Part shown: positions 53,400 to 64,000 of the stretch, in pieces | How positions within the stretch are numbered: the first letter of the stretch is position 1 | How the letters are laid out: each line of letters begins with the position of its first letter | Assembly (NCBI GenBank): GCA_964247055.1 | Contig: OZ176060.1 | Coordinates: 1,488,001 to 1,552,000, forward strand | DNA: 64,000 nucleotides | Reading direction: 5' to 3' | Origin: Paragordius varius | Taxonomy: Eukaryota; Animalia; Nematomorpha | Program-made: the position numbers and the translations under genes | Notes under the pieces: generated by a model | What the model saw: only the letters and a program-made list of their open reading frames with translations | The model's database searches: none | What the model was told of the DNA's origin: nothing

Positions 53400-55594
53400 C
53401 ATAGAGTATCTGATTAATATATGATATTTTGTCTTTAGATGTCAAAAAATTCCATAGATGAACGATTGCCATTTGTTCAAGAGCTATTTTTTCAATAAAG
53501 GTCTTTAGGGTTGTAGTTGTATCGTGTGATTGCCCAAAAATTAAGTGTCAGTGCTTTTGTATTAGAATTTTTTGGATGCTTTGAAATTTTTTATAATAAT
53601 TATATTTTAGAGAATCTACAATAATTCGCACGATATTCAGAGTTTTCCGTTCAATGAATTGTAAAGCTATTCATAATATATATCCATGCCATACTATATT
53701 AGGGTATTTTATGGATATTAATTTTCTAGCGGCCTCCTATTCGCCCCATTATCCGATACAAAGGCCGTTACTTTTGCAATATCAATAATTGGGTTTTATA
53801 ATATTCAAATTATATTCTACTGTTTTTCTTTCAAATCCACTATCCATTAATTTTATGAAAAAAAATTTTGGTATAACCCTGTCCGGTTATAAAAAATTAT
53901 TTGGTCTCGGCGAATGTTTGTCTTCGAATTCATAACAAAGAAATGTTGTTGTTTTACACATTGAGCTTCTTTCGTAATGTCTTTATAACATTCATTAAGT
54001 AATTCATTAAATTTCCTGAACGTAGTTCGTAATTAGGACGCAATTAAGCCAAATTATCGAAGTGTTTGTTAATATTAAATGCAGATCCATTAAAAATAAA
54101 TTTTGCCACATGAGTTGTTTTAGAATCTTCAAATACATAGCTTTTAATACTCGATATATTAAATAAAATTTTACCTAATTTGTTTTATTTTTTCTTTCAT
54201 TGAATTATCATTAACAATTATAAAATGTTTTTTTCCTATTTAGGCTCACATATACCATTTCTTCAAGAGTGTCCCTGAATTGCTCGAGTTGAAATAGAAA
54301 AACTTCAAGTTGGTCTTTGAACACATTGGTCCTTGAACACATTAAGTTCTTTGAACACTCCAAGTTGGTCAGTAGGTCGATCACGACTCTTACTAAAAAT
54401 GGGGCACATGTTAATTATTTTACATCTGTATGAAGTAAAATTTCACCATGTTCAAAATCACACTCGTTTACCAGTAAAAACTGGCTGTCGGGTAGACTTT
54501 TCGATCTAATCGAATTTACTATAAAGGATAAAGCATACATATGTGCTTATATTTAATAATTTCGTAACATATATATTATGCAATGATAATCCATAAAATC
54601 TGGAATACATTTGCAAAGAGTAACGAACCTATTACTTAATCCAATTGCCGGAGCTTCGTCGGTTGTTATGGTTGCAATGAAATCGGTAAATTAACTGCAG
54701 CATAATTAATATTAAATATATCCTGCCCTCTGGTAGGTTATTACAGAGGTATGACAATCAATAACTTTTCTGTGACTGATATATGATGGAAGACCATGCC
54801 AACGATAACACATAATTGAGGAACTCCGGCGTAATCGGTGGATTCGTAATTCGAAGCAAAAAATAAACACATGATTTAATAATACCATATTTTGGTAAAG
54901 TCGTGATTAAGATCATAACCTCTCCGTATAATTATGTTTTTAGATAGGGAGCTTTTATCCATTCCATAAAATTCCTTTTTTCTTCTAATTATTAAACAGC
55001 ACTTCAGAAGCTTTAATAAAAGCATTTTCCATATTTCTCCTTCCTGAATAGATTTTTTGTTAGAATTTCTGATGTTTTTAATTGCAATTATGGAATTTTT
55101 TTGATTGTTATATTTTACAATGCACTGCTGTGCATTTGCTCTTTTAATAGCTTATTGTAATTATATTTTTGATAATTCATGTAAAGCGTAATAAAATGTC
55201 TTTGACATTTGCTTTTTTAGACAAAGCTACGGTACGGTTGCATATCAAACTAGCACATTTATCATTATAAAAAAATTATTATCAGCCCTCCCACTTTTAA
55301 AACAATATTATTTTTGAATTTTTAATTACATAAAAAAGAGTAAGGATACCTGTTTCTGTTTTTTTGCTATTAAACTATTTTCGTGGGAAATCACAAATGA
55401 TTTAAAGTTTGAATATACATATGATTAAAATATTGAAAGTTGGTTAAGTAAAAGTAATTTTTACAAACGCAAATAAAATAAGGAAAATAAGTTATAATTT
55501 TGTGGAAAAAAATATGCAAAAATTTTTTTATAACAATATTTAAAAAAATTCAGGCGGTAATTTGAAATCTCCTGAGCACGAAGTAAACCGTTTG
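53400..55594 (-). mobile_element. hAT (GTF2IRD2/EPM2AIP1-like) transposase relic
   Basis: Minus-strand ESTDYAGVPQLCVIV...TRGQDIF...TTDEAPA...YHCII, then VNSIRSKS...HGEILLHTDV; TIR gtttggccacccctg ends at 55594. Confidence 0.8.
54245..54370 (+). mobile_element. Arm fragment of the 21-bp-minisatellite MITE inserted in the hAT relic
   Basis: tataccatttcttcaagagtgtcc...ttcaagttggtctttgaacac. Another fragment at ~59735-59810. Confidence 0.65.
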
Positions 55595-55963
55595 GCCACC
55601 CCTGATAAGATTTTATGCAGCAAGTTCTTTTCTTACACATTGTTTATCAATATTCATGATTAAGGTTTGCAATTGAGTAATTGTTACGCAATTTTCATGA
55701 TAAAGATTTTATAATTGAGGTTACCAGTTATGATATTTTATTTGGATCATATCGGCGGCTATATATTAATACGTCATACAATGGTATGTGGTGATAAGCT
55801 TTGAAAATATTATCCATTTTTAGGGCAATTGCTTTTTTGTTTAAAATTCCAAGGTCTGCTTTTTTATTATTAATTTGGCATCTTTTTCATTTTTCATACA
55901 TAACTCTAAAAAGAGGGTTCTTTTTTTTAACAATCAAAAAATACTGTTCATCATACTTTACAA

Positions 55964-55967
<4 letters not shown>

Positions 55968-56012
<45 letters not shown>

Positions 56013-56020
56013 ATATATAT
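55968..56020. repeat. (TA)n microsatellite
   Basis: Direct reading. Confidence 0.95.
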
Positions 56021-56029
56021 AAATCAAAA

Positions 56030-56800
56030 TAGTTTTTTTTAATTTACTAGCTAAACTCACTATTTAAATCTTAACAATTCTTTTTTATACAGTAAAAATA
56101 AGATAAAATTAAATAAAATTAATAAATATTCAATTTCTGTCATCTGGTTTAATAATAAATTTAAAGTTTTATTTTGGAATCTACTTAAGCCGAATCACAG
56201 AGTAACAAAAAAGGATTTAAAAGTAGTAGAATTATAATCGAAAACCGTAAAAAGCCCAAAAAATATTAATTTGTGTTCAAAAACCTGTTACTGGATTTAT
56301 ATGGATTTTTGGTTCATATTCCACTGCTTATAAAACCTATTTTGTATTAATTAGTATAGTATGTGATTCCCGCTCATATACGATTCCAAATAAAACATTA
56401 AATTTATTATAGACCAAACCAGATGACAAAAAAATGAGAAAAAAATAAACTATTTTTTATTAATTTATTTTGATATCTAACTATGCTGTATAAAATATAT
56501 GTTAGTATTATAATAGTGGTTAGCTAGTAAATAATTAAAATAGATATTTTAATATGTTCCATTAAAAAATTTTTGCATATAGAGTATATTAACGAAAAAA
56601 ACAGGATTTTTGATCTTTAATAAAAACCCTAATCGATAAAATGATAAATCTTTATATCATTATTTTAGTTTTTCTTAATTGTTAATTCTCAATTTTTGGC
56701 CAATTTCGATTTTCTCTTAATATTTTAAAAACGAGGTCGTCAACAAATAAAAAATTTTGCGGCAAATAATTCCCAAGTTATGAGCTATCTGATAAAAAAA
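56030..56800. mobile_element. Diverged, left-truncated copy of the palindromic element
   Basis: atttactagctaaactcactatt (56042) vs aatagtggttagctagtaaat (56512); the right arm matches 50200-50360. Confidence 0.75.
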
Positions 56801-57768
56801 AATATATAATACCTTTTACTAATTTTCCTTTAGTGAATTACAAGTATCCCAAGTATTTATGTATATAAATATAAAGATACAGGAATGTTTATGCGTGAAA
56901 AAGAAGAAATCATAATTTCCAGATACAACTTGTTGCAAATATATATGCTGATTTTATCGTTGGACATTTTAAGTCAAGTAGGTTATGTATGGATGTTAGC
57001 AGACGGATATTAGATAGCTGATTTTTACACCCCAATAGATGCGTTTTATTGATGGCTTTCATGAATAGCAGATTTGTTATCATACAATTATGGACTACAA
57101 TAGCTTAACCACTTCTCATTTTAAACCCAGATCGGTTTAATAATGAATATTTTTTGCGCTACTTGGTAAATTGGTTTATTTGACACACGATCTTCGGATT
57201 TTGCTGATCGTAACTTTGCATTTTCTGCAGGTGTCTCCTACATCCATGATTACCTCACTGTATACCCTTTCCATATCTCGTATTATTATGGAGCGCCTGG
57301 TATCGTGTCAAATAGGCAGGGAGCTATTATAAATTGTACAATTGTAGCCAACGGGATGTATATCCCTATAGATAAGCCCATTATGTAAACACATGTTTCC
57401 TACATTCTATCCCTTACATATTCTTAATATATTTTCATTCACACCTCTCACTCAATAACTTTTGAAATAGTAAAATCGTGCATTCTCCGCCCCCACATAG
57501 TGGAAACTATGGGGTGCTCAAAACATTATTAAATTAGATTAAGTAGTAAACTAAATAACCAATGCATCACACATGCCTCAACCGGAATTTTAAAATTTGA
57601 CTTTGAAACAATTAATAATTTCTACTATTTTATCCCTTTAATTCTTGATACTTTTCTTTTTTTCAATACATAGACTTCTTAATCTATAAATTATAATTGT
57701 TATGGCAGCGACATGGCCATCATTTTAACGAAAATTGACTTTGTCGTTTGCTTTAACTATGGCCTTAC

Positions 57769-58410
57769 CTCTATTTTTATATTACAATTGAATATTTGCG
57801 ACTTTATTAATTTTTGTAAAGATTGGACCCGCTTCATTTGACGTTCTTTTTTAACTTGTATTAAAAATTAAGATGTTTATTTAATAGGTTTATGACTTAA
57901 TTGTAAAAAGGGAGGATGTTTTTGTAAATAAGTTATTTTATATAATTCTTTGATTAACTAATATTCATTCCTTAAGATCATTAATGAATTTTTACCTTTT
58001 GCTGTTTTCTCACTTCTCTCTTGCACTAGTTAATTTACTTCTCTTGTATGACTTTCAAAATTTAAAAATCGATTATCTGTATTCACACTACATAATTGTT
58101 TTTCGTTCGCACAATTAATTGAATAATTTTGATGATTCTTTTTAGCATTTTTTATAATATTCGTATAAAAATTTATCTTAGAGACACTTAGTTTATTTTT
58201 ATAACTCACCCTCATTACAACTGTGTATCTAAATTTTTTAGTTAAAATATAAATTGAAATAGTGTAATTAAATGTACTAACGAATCCGATTACAACAGTT
58301 GGAATGTTGCAATAAACTATATCTTTTTTGCCTACAAAAAGATTGACCTTGCAAGATAAGATTACAACATTCCAAAAGATTAAATTTTGTATAAAATAGT
58401 AATAACGCAT
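57769..58410 (-). CDS. Candidate unknown gene divergent from the P450 (126-codon ORF plus possible small downstream exons)
   Basis: 381-nt ORF at 58030-58410 with a hydrophobic N-terminus. A possible phase-compatible exon at 57855-57769 (KKERQMKRVQSLQKLIKSQIFNCNIKIE, AG|GTAAGG donor). No recognisable domain. Confidence 0.3.
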
Positions 58411-58420
58411 AAATTGTTAA

Positions 58421-59225
58421 ATGCATTTTTATATTATTTTGATTTTCATTGTCATATGTATAGTTATATATGGATTTCTGCCGTTGATTAATCTAGCTTT
58501 ATCTGGCTTTCCTCACCCTCCCGCATGGCCATTCGTCGGCACAAATGCTTGGTTATATATTTATGGAGTACATAAATGTTATCAAGAATGGTTTTTAAAA
58601 TATGGTCCTATTTATGCTGTTGCTGAAGGTCCCATAATATCTTTAATGGTAAATGATCCGGATATTTTAAAAGAAGTACTCGTTAAAAGCTTTTCAGCCT
58701 TCCCAAATCGCAAAAATTTTCCATTGGGAAGGAGGTATTTACCAAATTCAGTTTTTACTACAAAGGACGAAGAGTGGCGAAAAGCAAGAAAAGCCATCAT
58801 TCCAACGTTTAGTCGACTTAAATTAAAAAATAATATGTTCCCACAAATATTAAAATGCGCCCAACAAATTACTGACCATATATATAACAAAATTAGAAAC
58901 CATGAACCAATATTAGACCTAAAATACGTTTTTGGTTGTTTGACAATGGATGTTATATCATCTGCTGTATTTGGATTACATGTAGACTGTATGAAGACTC
59001 ACAAATCTTTTTTAAGGTTTATAAATTTTTAATTAATAGAGAGGCTGAAAAAGTCTTTAAACGAGAATTAACGGATTCGATTCCGCTTATTTTGTGCGTT
59101 TTTCCATTTATAAAATATATTTTTCGCCATATACATTTTTCTTTCACTGATATTTCAACATTCGAATTTTTCAATAATATTGTTGAAAAAAGCGTGGCGG
59201 AAAGAATATCCAAAAAAATTTACAG
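58421..59225 (+). CDS. Cytochrome P450, clan-3-like (CYP3/thromboxane-synthase-like), exons 1-2; 3' exons not found in window
   Basis: N-terminal anchor, proline hinge PHPPAWPFVG, KYGPIY, DPDILKEVLVKSFSAFPNR, helix-C WRKAR..IIPTFS..KLK, TMDVISSAVFG. Exon 1 58421-59016, exon 2 59040-59225 (F-G region FPFI...FFNNIV...ERI), then a gtaatt donor at 59226. Confidence 0.93.
59017..59039 (+). other. 23-nt spliceosomal intron
   Basis: gtttataaatttttaattaatag. Retention stops at 59030-59032; removal restores the P450 frame (SFLR-EAEKVF). Confidence 0.88.
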
Positions 59226-62049
59226 GTAATTGTTATGCTTATTGATGGCACAGAATATTACATATATACATATAGAAAAATATTTTATACTTATATATTT
59301 TTTAAAACATATTTTAAATATAATCGTCCTAAAATTTATTTTATATGAATTTTTTCTTCTAATTAAATTTTTATATACAATGTTGATAATATTAGGCCCT
59401 CTATGCAGAAATAAATTTTATTTAACATAAAATTACAAAAGAAATTTAAATTGCAGCAAAATTTTTGGTTTTAATTATTTAAATAAATTGATATTATATT
59501 AAATATTTGTAAATCTAGGGTTATAATGTATGCACAAATTGTATATGCATTAGTAAATATTGAGTGTTTAATAAATCCAATAAAGCAATGCGATATAACT
59601 TTATTTTTCACCAATAAACATTTTTTACGTTGCTTTAGGTAATTGAATGTGCCGCCCCTCTGTTTTTCACATGTTTACTAGCATTTGTTATGTGTATTTT
59701 TTGTGAATAAGTTTCATCAACCAAAAATAACATTTGCATTTTGAACACTTAAAGTCGATCTTTAAACATTTTAGGTTGATCCTACACTTCAAGTTGTTGG
59801 ACCTTGAACCTTAATTTGCTTTTTTATGAATTAAACCGTGTATCTTCATATATTTTATCATTTTTAACCTCTTCTCTTAATTAATCCAAACTTTTATCTC
59901 ACCACTATATATTTTTAAAATAATGTAAACATATTTTTAAAAATATCTTTTACCAAACAATTATTGATAAATATACGCATTGTTCCGACTTTTCAATATG
60001 AAGCAATATAGAAATGGCAGAATTCTTAGACTCGCAAGCCCGAAATATGCATCATTTATAAAGAACATAATCAATGAGTGCTTCTACGATTGTTGAAATA
60101 TATTTCCCATATCGGCCAAATCTTATATTTGCACTAAATATCCTTATTACTCTTCAACTTGTTTCTGGTTTTATTTTTAATTGAACTTAAGCAGTAAATT
60201 CAGCTGAACGTTATACCTTAAATCACAATATTCATATATTTAAGGCAATTTGAGATGGGTTACAATATGCGTTTTATCCAAAGTTTCTCCATATTAAAAA
60301 TAACAAAGTGATTTTTAATATTTTAATCTTGCCTCTTCCTATACTTCTATCGGAAGCGTGTTTACATCTAGTGTAAATAGTTTATTGTTAATTAACTGAC
60401 ATTCTTGATAAAGTTTTTGGAAATTTAACGAATTCCTACACAAGAAATTTGTAATGATCCACTGTTGAATTAATAACGAATGTATTATTAGATGTAATGG
60501 ATATAGGTCGATTTGAAGGTCGGAAACTTACGAATCTATAGACGAAGTTTTTCAATAAATGCTTTCATCGAATCCTGTAGAGATATAATATTATCATTTG
60601 GCAATTCTAAATTTAAATTATTTAGATCAAAAAAATCTACTAAATAGAAGAATCCTAATTGAAAATCAGGGTTCGAAAAATCATGATACAGTTCCGATTT
60701 GCCGTGATTGTCCAAAAAAATAAAACTTCATTTTCAATTCGTATAGACGTCTTGGCATACTCATAGAGAGCAAGAAATAATGATAATTAGCTCATCACTT
60801 TTCGCATCAGAGTTATTTGATCTAGTATAAGGGCGCTACTTTTAAAAATATAACTACTAGACGTTTGTAAAAAATTTAACAGATATTTTGGCAGCGAACT
60901 GCCAAAGCCCGTCTGAGCAAAAAACAATGTGCTCCTATGATTAAGGCATTCTTTTGCTTCGTGAAAGTCACAAAACCAGATCTCATCTGGGGATTACCAT
61001 CGGTGCAAACCCGATTAGATTATCTTAGGTAAATAATTATCTTGAAAAAAGACAAGCGAAGATATTAACATATTTAGTTGACAATAACCTTCTATAAGGG
61101 TAAATGTATCAATAATCAAAAAATATTGATATTAGTTTCTGCGCGAGTTGACTTAGTTAAATATAAATGTTGTATAAAAGCATTAAATTGCATTTGAATG
61201 CATGGTCCAACTATAAATTTTTTTGGAAAATGGCTTGCGTACGAAATGACTTGCAATACTTAAAATATATTTAAGGGCCATAGGTTAAAATAATTTAAGC
61301 TCTGTGGTTAATTTTATCTATTAAAAATAATATATTTTAAAATCAAAAAGAAAAGAGTTGGTATTGAGCAGCAAAAAACGGAAGGGAAAAAAGAAAAAAA
61401 GCAGGCATAAGGTATGTAGATATAGGTTTACCATATCTTAAATTGGGAAAGATAAATACACTAAATTTATTTTGGTTGCTCTATCTTATAAAAATATCAA
61501 TTTTAAATTTAAATAATTTTAACATAATGGGTGGCATTAAGCAAGCACTAAGCAATTGAAGGTAGGCATAAATGATATGAACAGGATGAAGTTAAGAAAG
61601 GTAGACGCTTGAAGATAAAGTGGAGAGTTACAAATTAGGAGAAACAGCTGTTTATAAATATTGATAATACTAAAGGAGAATGATCAAGATTGAAGGTCAC
61701 GACCTCTTACAAATGAGTGATTTTTTATGTATTATTTAAAATAAAACTTTTAAATACCTATTTTTTTAAACTAAAATTAAAATTTATTAAAATCCGGCGC
61801 CCCTTCAACTGTAGCGGTGCATCAGCCCCCCTTCCACCTCTTCTAGCCTCGCCACTGTCTAAAAGATCAATGCAAATAATTCTTGCTATATACAATTTGA
61901 CACTACTGGAAATATCTGTGCTTTCGCCATATTAAATTGCATAAAAGGTGAATTCTTAGTCGCCTTTAAGTTTGACTTTTATGGTAGTTCGCTATTTATC
62001 TATGCGGATAGTATTGTTCGATAAAGAAGAGTAGGGATGAATTTTATTA

Positions 62050-62285
62050 ATACCCGAGTTCCATTGAACCGACTTGAAAATAGCTGGTTTAATTAAAATC
62101 TATCCGATGGTGTGGAGTTTCGGGTTTTTGACCAAAAGATATTTAAAGGAAGTTTAATTCCCATTATTATAATAATTTAGAGTTCGTGCGCATAAAATCG
62201 TTGGTAAAGCTTGTGGCAAATTACGCATTGTAGCAATGGTTCGCCATCCTTTTCCATCTTCATCATAAAGATACGGTATTAAGAC
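62050..62285 (-). mobile_element. Buster/ZBED5-like hAT transposase N-terminal (BED finger) relic
   Basis: DGEPLLQCVICHKL..NDFMR..KL...PKLH, frameshifted. Confidence 0.6.
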
Positions 62286-62419
62286 TATTTTTAAGTTTAT
62301 TTAACTATAAATCCTGTTTAAGATCTAGTTCCTGGAAAACGGACTAAAATTTATTTAAATGAGTTTAATGTTTATTATTAATAGATAATTGGATTTTTAT
62401 ATTCTTTAATTTGTAAAAA

Positions 62420-63960
62420 AATACAGTAGTAAATAATTGCTTTTTTAAGTGCCAGTTTTGTAAATTTAACATTTATTTCATAAATATACATAAATAGTAT
62501 ATCTGAAAATTGGCGGCTCACCTAAGAATTTTTTATTATATAGATAATTTTTGGCCTTGATTCACTTGGATACAACACATTCATTTCAGTCCTTCGATTT
62601 AATTTTAGGTAGTTGGATGCCACAGGCTTGTTTAAAATCAAATTTTTCAAAAAGCATGTAATTAATAGAAATCATTAAAAGTTCGCACTATATAACATTA
62701 ATAAACAGAAAAAAAAATTCAATAATATTGAGAGGCAAAAGGTAAATATTTAGCCAACATCTATGATAAGCTAAATATGAAATTAATGCAAATTCTACCA
62801 CTTTTTTGTTAATATTAATAACAAATGTGATTTTAATAAAATAAACTTTATTTTAAGATTAAATCAATAAACACAATATTTTGAAAAAATATTATAAAAT
62901 AAAAATGGCGCCCCAGTAGTTTGATACGTTACTTTTTTCCCAAAACTAAATTTTATTTAGATATTTTGGCTTACCTAATTTTCATTAGTATAGAAGCATA
63001 TATTCAAATTAGAACCGTTTCTTTCAGTAGTTTTTCAAAAATATCTGATTAAATATTGTCAGTATTTAGATCCCCCAAATCGATTCGAAGTGTTATCATA
63101 TAACTCAAAATTTTCATTAAAAGTTTTTGATATAGAGCCATATATTTTATAACATTAGAAAGAGCGCAAAACTGTATCTTTCGAATGGTAGTTGGTCATT
63201 TAAATCAATCTGATGTAAAGCTATTTGGGTTTATATGGTCAAAATTTCAAACCTTTAATAAGTGAAAATATTGTTACGTTGGTATAAAATTTAAAAAATC
63301 TCTGAAAATGCTTTTGGTTTGCTTTTTTTAATAAAAATTATATCAAAATTATACCTAGTGAATACTAAAATGCATTGTTATAACTGTAAATTAATTCATA
63401 ACCGCCATAAAGATTAAGAATACCTTATAAACTATTTCTAGTCTTTGATATTTTGAAATTTAAGCCATGCAAAGAAAATAATAAATAATCATATGATGGT
63501 AATTTTTTAAAAAAACAAAAATTGACACAAAAGAATTAAATAATTGTTGTAATCAAAAAAATTCTTTAGTTATCTTTTTAGACATTCATTGTCATCAACA
63601 CAAAGTGTGGCTATTTATCCATTAATTTTAATAATTCAATTAAGTAAAATGCTTTATCGTGGGTTTGTCGCTTTTTATGTCCAATATTAACAGTCAATGT
63701 CAAAAATATTAATATAAATTTTATAGAGTTTTCCTTACTCTTTCGAATGATATATCTATGATCTGTTGTATATTTTCAAAGAAAACCATTTTAGTAAAAT
63801 CGATAAAGAGGGCGCATAATCATGAAAAATCAAATTGTACTAAATCTTAGGTGGAATTATAATTTTAATTTCAGATTTACTGTTATAGTAGTTAATATCC
63901 GATACAGTAAACTCGAGTGGCAGAAAAATTTGTTGTTTTAAATTATTGTTGTTACTAGTT
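62420..63960. mobile_element. Reverse copy of the 2198-3271 element, interrupted by another repeat (~62545-63060)
   Basis: 63850-63935 is the reverse complement of 2200-2290; 63660-63760 of 2385-2490; 63090-63215 of 2995-3110; 62430-62540 of 3120-3255. Confidence 0.75.
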
Positions 63961-64000
63961 ATATTTTCTTTTACTGATTAAGAAAAATTAAATATGAAAA

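Noticed and set aside
50343-56013. ORFs with YIYIYI runs (50343-50566, 55801-56013)
   Set aside because: Artefacts of (TA)n microsatellites.
57121-57150. NPDRF resembling the P450 PERF motif
   Set aside because: It lies upstream of the P450 start, the frame closes at 57181, and no ExxR or haem motif accompanies it.
56880-57420. Possible Gypsy/Ginger integrase relic on the minus strand (CRKC, LGVK..HP)
   Set aside because: The motifs need several frameshifts to assemble; too weak to call without an HMM search.
1-64000. rRNA, tRNA or prokaryotic operon features; species-level identification
   Set aside because: No conserved rRNA/tRNA sequence, operon structure or Shine-Dalgarno pattern was seen. 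Short introns suggest but do not establish a dicyemid-, orthonectid- or myxozoan-like source.

Overview
Very AT-rich (about one quarter GC by eye) eukaryotic, most likely animal, genomic DNA dominated by transposon relics, with only two supportable host genes. (1) A multi-exon + strand gene at 9622-12290 encodes a putative single-pass SEA-like + fibronectin-III + TM protein with a Tyr-rich tail; its 5' end is unresolved. (2) The 5' half of a clan-3-like cytochrome P450 starts at 58421; later exons were not found in the window. Both genes only read through if 23-34 nt GT-AG introns are spliced, and these sit alongside 162 nt, 1.2 kb and apparently >4.7 kb introns. Micro-introns inside a repeat-bloated genome are the most unusual feature. 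The rest is a nested TE landscape: RTE-like LINEs, a Penelope element with an inverted terminal repeat, a mariner, several hAT (SPIN/Buster-like) transposase relics and MITEs (one only 53 bp), CAC...GTG Chapaev3-like elements including a 1.1 kb palindrome, a foldback-like MITE cluster with 21-bp dyad minisatellites, and a 318-bp tandem repeat. No rRNA, tRNA or CRISPR was recognised. All assignments come from manual reading and motif recall; no searches were run.
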